This document shows positions 1 to 12,965 of a DNA stretch of 64,000 nt, piece after piece (the first letter of the stretch is position 1; every line of letters begins with the position of its first letter). Position numbers and translations under genes: made by a program. The stretch covers positions 124,001 through 188,000 of the forward strand of contig RSEE01000098.1 of assembly GCA_003971905.1 (NCBI GenBank), given 5' to 3'. The notes below the pieces were generated by a model. It ran no database searches, was not told the origin of the DNA, and saw only the letters and a list, made by a program, of their open reading frames with translations. The DNA comes from Moniliella sp. 'wahieum' (taxonomy: Eukaryota).

Positions 1-456
1 TCCAACGCGGAAATTCGGGCGCCCGAGCGACACTAGTGGCGTGCGCCGCAAACCCCGACACTTGCACCGCACCCGCCCAGCACCGGGCAGTGTGTTTTGT
101 TGCAACGCAGAAATGTGCCGCAGCACAACTCCAACCTTAGGGTTGGCCGGTCCTTTCTGTCGGCAGCGCAGCGCGCGTCCGCTTGCCCCAGACGCCACCG
201 GTCAACAAGTGAGTACCTGTGCCGACGTGCTGCTCCTGCCGCCGCTGCTCGCTGGACCCGTCCCCGTCCTGCTCCTCCTCGAGTTTGCTGTGTTGTGCCG
301 GAAGCGGACAATTCTCAGGCGCGAAGAGAAGGAGCAGGAGGAGAAGAGGGGGACGGAGAAGGGGAGGAAGAAGGAGGAGCGCGGAAGGGACCTTACTTTT
401 GCCAGCCATGTCCTCCGCGCGACGCTAACCCTGCCTCTTGTCTCTTGTGCAGCAAC

Positions 457-956
457 ATGGGTAAGCCTAGTGGCCTGAACGCAGCGCGCAAGCTGCACAC
501 GACCCGTCGTGAGAACAAGTGGGCCGACAAGGCGTGGAAGAAGCGCGCGCTCGGCAACTTTTACAAGTCCTCTCCCACTGCTGGCTCGTCCCAGGCCAAG
601 GGCATCGTGCTTGAGAAGGTGGGTGTGGAGGCGAAGCAGCCCAACTCGGCTATTCGCAAGTGTGTCCGTGTTCAGCTCATCAAGAACGGCAAGAAGGTTG
701 CTGCGTTCGTGCCCCACGACGGTTGCCTGAACTTTGTCGATGAGAACGACGAGGTGCTCATTGAGGGTTTCGGCCGCAAGGGCAAGGCCAAGGGTGACAT
801 TCCCGGTGTGCGCTTCCGTGTGATCAAGGTATCGGGTGTCGGTGCGTATCCTTGAGTTTCCCTTTTTTCCTTTCTTGGACGATCGATTACTGACAGTTGA
901 CCTTGATAGGCCTCTACGCCCTCTTCCGCGAGAAGAAGGAGAAGCCCCGTTCATAA
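457..956 (+). CDS. RPS23: 40S ribosomal protein S23 (uS12); exons 457-841 and 910-956; probable 5'UTR intron 209-452
   Basis: [13 protein letters not shown]...[22 protein letters not shown]...GDIPGVRF. Removing the GTGCGT..TAG intron at 842-909 gives the C-terminus [15 protein letters not shown]. Confidence 0.98.
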
Positions 957-1249
957 AGGCTTTTCCCCGGCTCTCTATGTTTTTCCTTTGTCTTCTCTTG
1001 GTCTCCCAGACCCCCGGAGGCTTAAGGTCAACCCCCACCCCCCCAGGCACTCGGGCGCTCGATGGCAGCCCTGGTTTCTCAAAATCTATGCGAACCGCCC
1101 CCAGTTTTCTTCGTCGTAGGGATGCATCATTAGCCCACAGGGCGAATCGATCGGTAGAGCGGATAGATAGTATTTTACGTTGATAGAACGCCAAGGGTCG
1201 CAGCGGGACAACACCGCACAGGTGATCTCCACCTCATGCATTGGCCATT

Positions 1250-2257
1250 TCACAAGAGCTGGTTCATCAAAGCGAGGGAATACTCGACACCAACAAACGT
1301 GGCAGCGTTGGCCGGGAACGCACGCGCCATGGCCGGCCAAAAGCCCCGGAACAGGGCGCGGACGCCGTCGGCAGCGACGGTTTTGCGAATACAATCGGCA
1401 AAACCAGTGTACGTGCCGGGTGGGGCGCCCTGGATGCGCGACTTGATCACATCTGGTGGCATGGCCAAGGACCACATGGCCATCCCGGCCGTGCCACCGG
1501 CCAGAATGACATGGAGCAAGCTGAGTGATTCGCCTGGTTTCGCCCCGCTGGAGTCAAGCACGTTTTGATGGACTCGTAGGCGCAGAAGTAGGCCGCGCTG
1601 CCGGGACCGTCGCGGGCCAAGGTGGCACCTGTGCCGCGGAAAATGGAGCGCAAACCGCCCTCGGCGTACAACTGTTTCAACACATCCCCCACACCGTTGT
1701 ACTGCGGTCCATGCGCACTTTGGCCCTGCAGCTGCAGCAGCACCTTGACCCGTTCCGCCGGGCCCGTGGCCAGCGTCGTCGGCACCGCACTGAAGAATCC
1801 GGCAAAGGCAAGCTCGGGCAAGGTCAAGGTTGGGTCCGCGCGATTGGGCGTCGCGGCATAGACCAGTTTCTTGCCCATGTCGTACGACCAAAAGGACAAG
1901 GCAAAGATGGGCGTGACCCCCAAGAAGGGAGGAAGCATGCCCCGGTACAACCTGCCCCAGGCAAAGGTCAGATCATGGAAACCAGTGCGCAGCCGCACTC
2001 ACGCAAACGCAAACGCATACGCATACGTACCCACGCACCCCATCCGCCGCAATCGTCTTCTTCACCACGTCCAGCGCGCCGGTATATGTGCCGGGCGGAG
2101 CGGTCTGCAGGCGGGTCTTGGTCAGGTCAAACGGTTGGCCGACCAGCACGGCGGCCATGCCCCCAACTCCGCCAGAGAGGAAGGATTTGATCGGGTCCGT
2201 GTCGCCCCGCTGCTCCTCGTACGAAACGGACACGTCCTCGACGGATGGATCGGACAT
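1250..2257 (-). CDS. CRC1: Mitochondrial carnitine/acylcarnitine carrier (SLC25A20/CRC1-like); intron 1952-2030; one frameshift near 1565
   Basis: Three carrier repeats with PxDxxKxR-like motifs (QPFDLTKTRLQ, GPAERVKVLLQ, MPPDVIKSRIQ), plus ARDGPGSAAYF and RAFPANAATF. Confidence 0.9.
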
Positions 2258-2897
2258 GATGGAGGCACCAGGCGCGAGAGGGTGCTGCGACAAGGTAGAT
2301 AGGAATGCACGCACCAACGCAATCTTTTCTTCGGTGGATTCAGGGTTCTGGAAGCAATCGTCAATCATCGATTAATCATCACATCGACGGGTCGATCATC
2401 GAGATCATCGGGATCATCGATGGCTCAGAGCCCGGCGGGTTTGGAACGTTCATTAATTTATCTCATCCCGGCAATTTCGCCTGGCCTACACCGTCTCTCA
2501 CAGCTGCCTGTGGCCTCTAGCCCACAACAGACGGGCGTGGCAAGAGAGCAGCCGAGAAACATGTCGGGTCGACCATTTGCATCAATCCTTTCCGGTGAAG
2601 GGGGGCATCCGGGTTCACCTTGAACGTTCAACGAACGAACGAACGAGCTAACGAACGTGATGGATGATCCAAGCATCACAAGAGCGAGCTAAGCGCTAAC
2701 AACGAGCAAAACGGAGGGCCAGTACGCCAAGCGGCGGGAGAGGAATCTGGTATGGGTACAATGGGCGCATCGTGCGCAGCGACAATAACAGAGCAAAGGA
2801 GGGGGGGGGGGTACAAGCGAGGTAAAAAGGTCGTCCATGGTTTTTGGTTGTAGTTCAGTGTGGTAAGTGTGCAAAAGAAAAGCTCAATGCTCAAAGC

Positions 2898-5339
2898 TCA
2901 AAGCTTGGCGCGATCAGGCAGGCGGTCGTGGAGGAGAATGACGTTGACCGTGATGTCGTCCCGGTACCGGCGCGATTCCGGGGACGGGATGGCCAACAAC
3001 CCTGCGACGCGCTCGCGGTGGGCACCGCCGAGCGCATTGCGGATCAGGTGGGTGGATAAGTTGTCGTCGGCAAAGGTAAATGTTTGGTCTGCCTTGGAAG
3101 GAGGCGTCAAGGGGTTGCTCCCTGCCTGGGCAGGTGGGGAGGAGGGGGAGACGCCGTGATTGGGACCATGAAGGACATGAGCCAAGAGAGATGTCGTTTT
3201 GACATCCCCTTTCAGCCCAGCCAGGTGGCCAGCAACCAACGCCCCCACCTCGTCGTTGGACAGCATGTCCCACAACCCATCGGTGGCCATGACAATGAAA
3301 CGCAGCTCCTTTCCCCTCGCCCGGTCAGACGAAGGGGTTAAGGGCGGCAAGTGCTGTACCTGGACAAGCGGCTCAGGGGTGACATAAGGCGGGGTACGCA
3401 GCAAACTCGGAATCCGCCGCGCCTCAGCCACACCTCCGGGTACAAACGCATTGTACAGGCGCTCCTGCAGGGACCGATCCCATTTGTACACCGCATCTCC
3501 AAACGCCCGTGTCGGTTCCAGGCCGCCAAGAACCCGGCCACGCATGATGACCTGGTCCGCTTCTTGAGGCGGGTGCTCAGCGCGCATGCGCGCTACCTCG
3601 GACGGGTTCCGGCCGGTCTGGTCTGTCGACAGCGGCTCAAACACCCATGTTTGCGAGCTGGGATTCCAGAACCCACCAATCGCACGCGAGTCGCCCGTAC
3701 AAGCCACATATACGTTTCCCCGTGCCGAGTCAATGTAGGTCAACAACGCACAGGAACCATTCATCGCGGGTCGCAAAGCATCGTACGCAGCTTGTTGTCG
3801 CTCCGCTAGGGTGGGACCAGACGGCGGAGTAGTCCCTCCCAATAATCTGGCAAAGCGGCTGACACTGGTCGCCTCCGTCGGCGGCGCCGAGGACGAAGCG
3901 GATACAATATGCTGCTGGGAGGTGGTGTATTTGACAAGGCAGCCACCAGTAGCTCGTACTCATGCAGCAGCTCGACCGGCGTCGAGCAGATTTCTTTATC
4001 TAAATTGGCAAACGCTTTCCTCAATGCCATCTCGACCAAACTTGGGTCGGCATCAAGGGCAACGTTAGGATAGGTCGGGGCTGCACCGTTGGATGAGAGG
4101 AAGGCTTGCCGCCCAATAGTCCCCCGAGGGATAATGCGCTGGCCCACGGTCTTGGACCTGGGCTCACAAGTGCTGCTGGCCCGCCCCTAGCGGCGGCCAA
4201 CTGAGAATATTCCGCTTGTTGGCGAAAGAGCTTGTCAAGCTCAAGGGCAACGAATGGGATCAGTTTTTGGGCAAGGAGGGTGGACGTGGCGCTCCCTGCA
4301 TGTCCGTCCATGACGGCAAAAAGCAAAGGTCGCCCTTGGTGTTCCCCAAGGAGCTGCTCCAGCGGCAGGCCAGTCCCGCTCAACAATTACCTCGGCGCGC
4401 TTGTCTTCGCAGGGCGCATTGGATGCTACCGAGTTGGTGTCAAACCGAGCCACACGGCAAGCGCCGGGGGGCGGTCGACCTGGGTAGATCGTTCGTGCGA
4501 ACGAAGCACCCGGTCAACCTCATTGGCAGCTAGCGCCGTGACAATCTTGTATCCACCCCCATCTGCACTGGATCGACGCACAGCAAATTGGGTTGGGGCG
4601 GCGGTGGAAAGGGATCGTGAGCCAAACCCGCCGCCGGATCCGGGTGGCGTGAGGTACCAGCCACCGAGTGTGACACATCCAACAACCAGGGCCGCATAGG
4701 CAGGCCAGTGCTGGCGCAAGTGGGCAGCAACAACAGAGTTGTTGGATGGCTTGCGCGGACCAGTGGAGAAGGATCGGTCATGGAGCGCAGCATGACGGAT
4801 GAGCGCTTCGGGGATCTGGAATGTGAGGGGGCGGGACAGGCAGGCTTGCCTGTGCGTGGGTGGGCGGGGCACTGGGCTGGTGGCGCCAGCTGGCTCGGGG
4901 CGGATCGGGGCAACGCGTGAGCGGCGAAGGGCTCGGCTGGGATGGGCAGAGGGCCGACGAGGGAGAGGAGAGCAGGAGTCCTCGCCAGCCGAGTCGGATG
5001 CGGACGAGTCGCTGTCACTGGTCCAGGCGGTGGAGGCAGAGGTCGTGCGGGTGGACAGCGAGCCGCCCACGCCGGCCGAGGGACGCGACATGCGGCCGCG
5101 CCACGGAGGGCACGGCGTGCGCCGGCGCCGACGCCCGGGCCATGGGTGTTGCCACTGGAGTGGGTGTGGGGGCCATGGGCGCGGCGACGCGGAGGCGGCG
5201 GGGGAGGCGACGCAGGGGGGGAGGGCGATGGGTAGGAGTAGGTGTAGGTGTGGGCCAGCCGTGCGTGCGCACGGAGGCGCAGCGCGGTGCGGGCAGCGGC
5301 CGCGGCGGGGCGCAGCGGCGGCGGACGGCGAGGCAGCAT
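2898..5339 (-). CDS. PTC5: Mitochondrial PP2C / pyruvate dehydrogenase phosphatase; several frameshifts; start uncertain (5339 or about 4793)
   Basis: ASNAPCED, FAVMDGHAG, VACTGDSRA, GGLEPTRAFGD, VMATDGLWD, HLIRNALGG, YRDDITV. The Arg/Ala-rich N-terminus from 5339 resembles a mitochondrial presequence. Confidence 0.88.
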
Positions 5340-7231
5340 GGAGGAGCGCTGCGCGCAGACGCTCAGACGCCCAGACAGCCAGGCGAAGCACGCAGGCAGA
5401 CGCTGGCGGTGCGCAAGATGGGCTGCGAGATGGGATGCGAGAGGAGAGGGTACAGGAGATAGCAGAGGAGATGGCAGATGAGATGGTGGTGGTGGGGCAC
5501 CAAAGTTCGAACTGCGGGCGCAGGCCCAGTGCCGAGCGGCGGGCTGCCTGCACGGGGGAAGTGCTGCTGCCGGGGCTGCCCGTCGACACTGGCGCGGTGC
5601 AGCACACGAGAGGCAGCACACACCGCACTCTGCCCGCCGGCTCCGACTTGGTCCGGGCCGACTTGGTGCGCAATAATTAATCACGAATCACTAATCATGA
5701 ATCAGCGGGAATAAGCGCTGCTGGCGTAGGATTGCTTCCCACGCCCTGTCCCATCCCATCTGCCCTCCCTCCGCCCTCGGCTCCGCACCTACGCCAGCGT
5801 CAAGCTTCACACACTTCCCAGCTCCCCAACCACAGCGCGCTCCAACCAGTAGCACGCATGGGGGCCAGTGCCCATCGCAGACAGGGGGTCCGGGCACACA
5901 CGCACCGCGTATCAGTAAAGCCGTTCGATGCCATGGTCACAGGCCCACCCTTTGATACCGACGGGCTGAATCTATCAGCAGAGCCAACAACTTCCTTGCA
6001 AATGGCATGGGGTTTACACAGCAGTAGGGGGGGAACAGTTAATACACCGAATAAGGAGAGCCAGCCGCGGTCGCAGTCTCAACACCCTTTTTTTTGTAAG
6101 CAGCTCGAGCGAAGGCGTCCTGCTGATGCTGCTCGGTGGCGATGCTCCTCTTCTTCCTCTATCAGTGGGTGCCACGAGATGTGGTGGAGTTCACCGCTCC
6201 CTTTCCCAGTGCACAGTGTATATATAAAGGGACCGTCGGAAGGGACCCCCTGGCCACATATATAAATGCAGATAACACATCATATCAAGGAACGCCAAAT
6301 GTATAGTTGAACTCATTGCTGTCATAATGTGTTCAACGGAAACCACACAACATAGTTGCGACCACCGGCCACGTTAGTTCGTTGAACTTCAGTCGTGAGT
6401 AGTTACTAGTTACTGCCCATTCTTCTCTCCCATGTTGCGACAGCGCTTGCACTATTACTGCATCTCGTAAATGTGTTCGCTGTGGTTTATGCGTCCATGG
6501 GAACCACAACAGTAGTACAATCAGATCGCCATTGACCTCGATGGCCGCAGCAGGCGCATGGAAGGGCCAAATGTACGAACCAAGCAGACAAACACGCTTA
6601 TCATGGAGAGATGCCTTACTAACGGCAGGACTGAAAACACATTCCCACTGCCTCTGGCAGATGTAACCCTGTGGTTACACGAGATGGACGGAGCCAAAGT
6701 AGATGGGGCATGATTTGCTCTCCTGCAACGATCCCGTCACTGACAAAGCCTCTTTTCTCAATTTCCAACCTTCTCATGGCTTTTTGGACCCCCCCGCTGG
6801 CTTCTTTTACGGGACGGACCGTGCCCTGTCCTGCTTCAGAGATGGTATTATGTGTTCTCCTGACGGATCACACACGTAATCCCACCGTCTGTGAGATGCC
6901 CCTCTGTTCTATATCTTCCTTGACCCCTTTGTGTATCTTTCTTTCATCACGCGATCTTGTTTCCCGTGCGAATGCTTCTCCTTCCTCTGGTATAGTATAT
7001 AGGGCGCCATTCCATGCATGCAGCCTGAATGGATACCTGAATGAATACCACAAAACAGCATCCCAAGTAAGTCCCCCCTTCATCTCCTCTAGAATTACCC
7101 CTTGGCGGGCAATACCTCCCTCTCTTCCCATGCGAGGTCAAAAAGCTACCCCTTTTCTCCTCAAAGCAATCGAGAGGTTGCTATATGCAGGACCGAGATG
7201 GGCTCTCAGCCCGTTAGTACTAGGCATTGAA

Positions 7232-8480
7232 TCCATATCATTGACAGAGATTAAGGCTGGGACAGGGGGACTAAACCGAACCGTTCATCTTGCGGGGTTT
7301 ACTTGGAAGAAGCGCCACCAAGGTTAAAGAACCAGGGGGATCGCCAGGATATCAGGACCCTCCGGTGGTCGCCATTCGGTCCCGTACCCTAGGAAGCGCG
7401 TGTGGACATGGATGAACGTGGTAGACATCCGAGCGAGGAACCATTTCCATTGAGACTCAGTAGCCAATCCTGCCAATGCGCAAATATCTTTTTGCCCGCT
7501 GTCTTGGTGCCGTAGTGTCCTCGCGTCGTCAAAACCAGGGGGAAAACCCGCTCTTGAGTGCGTCCCTGGTACTTGGCGTTCTTGTCGCATCCTACTGCTT
7601 GTTGAAGCAGCCGAAAAGCAGCTCCTTCTCCCGGCGTTCCAAAGGCGACGCAGTGCTCTCGTGCACCACCTGCCGGTACGCGCTCTGCGCCTCTTGCGTT
7701 CCCATGTCGCGCAGCGTGTGGTCCACCTCCATTCCTGATCATCCCAGTGCTCCAGGCCCCACCACACGCGGTAGTCAGTGCGCTGTGCCCTCCATCCGCG
7801 CCTCGTCCCATCCTCTTCCTCCACAGATGGTTCGTTGCGGACGTGGGTGTCGGGGATGGAGCGTATGAACTGGAGAATGGGCTCCCGCTTTGCCTCATGC
7901 AACGCACCAAACTTGGCCTGGGTGCGGGTGCAAGACATAATGTCCCAGCGAGGACATGACACCGCACTTGCACATGCTGCGCGTGGTGCGGCACAGCGTG
8001 CGGAGCTGGAGACCAACCTGGACCTGCTGGTCAGAGAGCTTGAGGTAGGGAGCGGTGGAGGGATTGGCGGAGAGCCAATTGTGGCTCAGCGGGTTGCTGT
8101 GCTCAATCACACGGCGACCATCGGCAGCGTCCAGCTTCTGGAGCAGCTCCTGTCGACTTTGCTCCCACATCGCCCGGCAGCGCTGGCGTTGCTTCGTAAA
8201 TGTGTTGGCCGTAGCCGTTTGCGGCCCCGAACGGTCAACATAAGAGTGGTAATAAGATAGTCGTTGACCTCGTTGGCCGCGGCACGGACGTGGGGCGCAT
8301 TATACGAGTAAAGCGGGCTACCACATCCTCCCATCCGGAGAGGTAGGCTCATGAGCATGTCGAAATGGTCGTCCTGGCACCTTGAGGGTCCTCGTCGCCT
8401 CGGATCCGTCTGAACTCCGTACAGATGAAGGCATCGGTAGGCATCATATTTACCGTCCGCATTCTACCAAATCAACCCAA
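7232..8480 (-). mobile_element. Degenerate 3' part of an RLE-bearing non-LTR retrotransposon (CRE/Cnl1/MoTeR-like); limits approximate
   Basis: Broken minus-strand frames give the post-RT motif SLPLRMGGCG, then WLSANP..LSDQQVQVGLQLRTL, a Zn-knuckle-like CKC..GH, HE..NEP..RTD and DKNAKY..FPLVLTTRG. This order is typical of the C-terminus of RLE-clade elements. Confidence 0.7.
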
Positions 8481-10024
8481 GCGCTGCCATCACCACGTGG
8501 ATTGCACTGTTTACCACATCAAGGTCCGTTCAGGCCGCCGGACCCATGCATGCCCTGGTCGCACGGGGGGGCTGTGGTGTGTACACTGCATCTGTGGCTG
8601 GTTGAGGGACAGCCACTGTAGGGCCAAACTGCCCAGGTACTAATATCGACTGGACTCACCCGCCCGCGTCCCACCCCCTATCGCAGCAGGCGGTGCTTTA
8701 GGCCTTAGGACCAATGAGGATGAGTGGAGGACTGTGGGTGGTTTTGTATGGCGTCCTAAGGGGGGGGTTGGTTACTGTGGCTCTGAAAGAGGATGCATGA
8801 CGCAAGGCCGGGCCTGTGGACAAAATGGGGACGGTGGGGCAAGAGGGATCGGTGGTGCGAAGGATGATGGTCTGCGTCGTCTGGGATGAATGTCAAGTAT
8901 ACGACCCCGCCAGGATTTCTTACAAAACCACATCCACATGTTTCCTCTCTCGGTCCTCATGGCAACTTGAGTAGACTATAGGCCAAGACGTCTTATCATT
9001 TGACCTCCGAAGTCTGCGCGTGTGTATACCCAGGCTTCAATGTTAGAACCCCTGTCTCCTCTAGGTGTGCCGCATAAGACTTAGACTTAGACCTCAACCA
9101 CCGCCGTCGCGATTGCATTGCTCTTGATCACCAGAGGTTCATCACCCTACCCCTTGGGTTCCTCCGGCCTTACAGACTATGCCGCGTGGGGTATAATATG
9201 GGGCCTGTTGGAGCATTCGGAGGATCAGTGATGGCGGTGGGTCGCTTGTTGCGGGACTCGGGAACACAGGAGGCGACGCTTGCGTAATGCGGGAGGATGG
9301 GATAGGCGTTTGGAACGCCGGGGGGAGCGGTGCGCTGTGCTTCGACCGTTTTGGAAGAGGCAGAAGGCGACAAGGACGCCACGCCCACAGTACCGCCGGG
9401 ACGCATGAGCCATGAAGCTTGAAGCTTGAAGGGCGTGTGTTGTGGTGCAGGAAAAGACTGCTGGTTGGAGGGGAAGAATAGAATCACACCATTGGTGGGA
9501 GGGGTGTGGTGAGATTGGTGACGGAGAGGAGAGCGTCTGGGGGGTGGCGGCGAGCGGTGTGTGCTACGCCATGGCATCAGCATTCTTACCTGGGGGGTGC
9601 TGAATCTGGGCTAATGCAGAATGGGGCTTAGTGTGTGTGGTGCTCCGCGGGCGACGCGGAGGCAGGGGCAGAGGGGCGTGGTGCAGGGCGCAAGCCGAGG
9701 CGCTGAGGCTGCGTGCTGAGGCTCAGCCCTGAGGCTGAGCGCGCAGGCTGAGCCGCGCTGAGCGCCGCACGGGGGCAGCCAGTTGCCCCGCGCAGCGTCC
9801 CGCCGCGCCAGAGCATGTTCTGTCTGAGCACCGCGTCTCAGTGCGGCGTGTGGGCGCGTGACATGCATGACCCATCACGCGTGGCGCCCACCGCCCGCCG
9901 GCCAGCGAACCGACAGCCGCTCGCGCTCGCTCCCGCACCAGCTGCCTCTCCTGGGCGCGCAGTCGCCCAGTCTCCCTCGGCGTATGCACCCAGCACTGCC
10001 CCCCCGCCGCCGCCCTGACGCAGC

Positions 10025-10061
10025 CATGCATCATGCATCATGCATCATGCATCATGCATCA
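10025..10061. repeat. (CATGCAT)5 heptamer tandem repeat
   Basis: Five perfect units upstream of the MIPC synthase gene. Confidence 0.95.
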
Positions 10062-10404
10062 CACTGGTCACGCTTCTCCTCGCCCATCACGCATGGCGTT
10101 CGGGTGGAATCACTTGATCACTTGCCACCTTCTCTGCTGGCTGGTGCGCACGCGTCCTGTGTCTGCGCCGCCACCGCCCCGCCTCGCCCCGCCTCGCCCC
10201 GCCTGCCGCCCCCACCCCGCTCCAGCAGGCTGCTCGTCTCGGCTGCGGTCGCTCTCGCTCGTCTGTCTGCGGTGCGATGATGGGTCCCGCGCGTCTGTCT
10301 GTGCGCCGTCCCCGTGCCGTGTCAGTCGAGTTGCCCCTGTCGCCGCTGCTGTCGCTGCCGCCCTCGGCGTCCTCTTCGCCGCTGCCTCTTCTGCTGTCCC
10401 TGCC

Positions 10405-11665
10405 ATGCGAAGACAAGGACAAGGACAAGCGCCCACCCCCCGCCACCTCCTCCTCGGTCCCGCCCGCCTCCGGCCGCGCGCGCTGCCACAGCCACCGCTG
10501 TCCTGGCCATTTGCGTTCTCCTCCTCCTGGGAACGATCATCGTGCTCGGCACCGTCTGGGCCTTCTTCCACGCCCCCTCCAGCGCCTGCCTATCCCCAGC
10601 CGAACTCAGCCTGGTAGACCCCTCCTTTCATTGGACCGACCCACCACGATCGCACGACCGGCACGAACCCCCTCCGCCTCTGCCTCCGCCTCTGCCTCCG
10701 CCTCCGCCTCTCGCCTCGGCTGCCCCGCCCCAACCCCCGCCCCGCCCCCCACAGACTGGGTTCCCACCTCGTCCGATAGCGAGTACCTGGGCCACTTTGT
10801 CCCCGGGATGCACAATGGCACGCGTCCCCACCGCGCGGGGGAGAAGATCCCGCGCCTGATTCACCAGACGTGGAAGACAGCGTCGGTGCCGGCCAAATGG
10901 AAGGCGAACCCACAAGGTTGTCGCGCCATGCACCCCGACTACGACTATATCCTCTGGACCGACCAGGATGCGCGCGCGTTCATCCAGGCGGAGTACGCTT
11001 GGTTCTTGCCCACGTTTGATGGGTACCGGTACAACATCCAACGTGCCGATGCGATTCGGTACTTTGTCCTGCACCGGTACGGCGGGATCTACATGGACTT
11101 GGACATGGGCTGTTCCCGCCCCATGGATCCGCTGTTGCAATTCGAAGTGGTCTTGCCGCAGACCAAGCCGGTAGGCGTATCGAATGACCTGATGCTCGCT
11201 GCGCCCGGCCATGCATTCATGACGCATGCCATCCACCTGCTCGCCCAGAGCAGTAAGAATTACCTGATTCCCTATGCGACCGTCATGTTCTCCACGGGCC
11301 CCATGTTCCTCAGCGGAGCGTATGGTCAATTTGCGCGGCTGCATGGCACAGCGTCCCCGTCCACCCCCTCCGACCCTGAACGGGGCAAGACGGGCGTGCG
11401 CGTCCTGCCCCAAATCTTGTATGGCAAGCTACAGAACCCACCGCCGGGACTGCACACCCAGCCCGGCGCGTTCTACAGCCACTTTTACGGCTCCTCGTGG
11501 CACGCCGGCGACGCGAGCTTGATCAAGCTCCTGGGAAACAGCGGATGGTTCGTCATGGCCATCGGACTGGTCGTCGTGGGCATGTGGGTCTACCGTGCGT
11601 ACCGCAGGCCCGGCCCACCCGGTCTACCAAGAGTGTCGGCTCGAAGTAAGATGTGCACCCCTTAA
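10405..11665 (+). CDS. SUR1: Mannosyl-phosphorylinositol-ceramide synthase (GT32, SUR1/CSH1-like); frameshifts in the N-terminal part
   Basis: KIPRLIHQTWK, NIQRADAIRYFVLHRYGGIYMDLD (DxD), PVGVSNDLM, VMFSTGPMFLS, GSSWH; N-terminal and C-terminal hydrophobic segments. Confidence 0.9.
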
Positions 11666-12504
11666 GGCCTAACCCCTAACCCGTTAGCGCGGTAGGCATG
11701 ACAACACTTAATTCAACCAACGCCCGTGATGAATTTTCTTTTTTTTTCGCTTTGCCTTTGCCCCACCTGCACTGTATCCCCACTTCCTCCCCTCCTCCTT
11801 TCCCAGTCATACATATGTGCACATCTCAACCGCATATCTTGTTCCTAACCAGCAGGCTGGACCCACCGCACACAGTAAGGGAGCCCCATTCTAGTCAAGG
11901 CAAGGTCATGGGGGGGGGGCAGGTCATCGGATGGGATGCATTGCCAGCCAAAGCGATGAGATGAATCCTTGAATCCTCAGCTTAATCCGCCATGCCCGCC
12001 TGATCCAGATCCACATGCAGTGCTACGTCCCCACCGCAGACAGGAGCTGGATGACAGACTGTGTTGTAGTTCCTCGCTACCGGTCCTGCCGTCGCTTTCT
12101 CTCTTTCTGCATGGTGCGATACTTACGTGTGCAAACAGTGCAGGAACGGTACGTTGAGTACGTTGAGTGCAGCGCCCTAATCCTAAACGTCCTAGCCGAA
12201 AAAAGATGCCCTTTTCCTGCCAAGGAAGGACCTGGCTTGCCATTCCCGTACCATACCGTACCGTACCGTACCGTTCCCAGCTGCCAAAGCCCCACTGGGT
12301 TGCTATGTCCTGTCCTGTCCTGTCCATCGCCATCTACTGCGCATGTCCGACGTAGCCCGGCCTGGGTCGGCGGGTCCCATGGGAGAGGGAAGAGAATGAT
12401 CTTGAGGGACTGGCGTCACTGCCACTGCCCATACCAATGCCAATGCCAATGCCAAAGCCTGGGGGATCATGTGCGCGTCCTCTCATCCAGCAAGGACAGC
12501 TCGT

Positions 12505-12965
12505 CTAGTGTTCATGGGCGCCTGGGAGGGGAGAAACGAAAGCAAAGCACCGAGCGCAGATCAGCAAAAAGAGTCAGTCATCCCATTGGCACGCAGCACA
12601 TGCGCATGTGGGCGGGGCTACCCCTGGGCACGGGCAGGGAGAAAAAGGCGTCAAGGTAACGTACCGCCGTGGAACTTGGTGTTGAGCGTGTAGCCAAAGA
12701 CGGAGATGAAGATGCCGTAGAAGAGGAACGGTTTGCCCGACACCTTTTTGCCTGCGAACCAGCCCGAGGGCTCGGGGGCCGGGCCCTTGGGCAGCTTGGA
12801 GTACAAGTCGACAAACTCATCGAGCTTGGCGCTGCTGCCGGCGGGCCCGCGGACGGAGGCGGGGGTGGCGACCTTGGGCGGGATGGGCAGCGCACGCGCC
12901 GGCGCCGAGGTGGCAAAGCCACGCGCCAGACGAGGAGCAGCAGTGCGGGCAACAGGAGCAAGCAT
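12505..12965 (-). CDS. ATP17: Mitochondrial ATP synthase subunit f; exons 12965-12665 and 12521-12505
   Basis: Presequence, IPPKVA, VDLYSKLPKGPAP, SGKPFL..FGY. Removing the GTACGT..CAG intron (12664-12522) gives an in-frame end GAHEH*. Confidence 0.9.

Noticed and set aside
4426..5684. Several long overlapping ORFs on both strands
   Set aside because: GC-rich shadow ORFs. The minus-strand ones are best explained as the frameshifted N-terminus of the PP2C gene.
6671..7327. 218-aa plus-strand ORF as a gene
   Set aside because: No recognisable motifs, atypical composition, and it overlaps the retroelement-derived region.
11663..11686. Interstitial telomere (CCTAACCCCTAACCC)
   Set aside because: Only two imperfect units with 7-bp rather than 6-bp period. 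It fits the phased TNA pattern (TAA 11663/70/77, TTA 11684) better.
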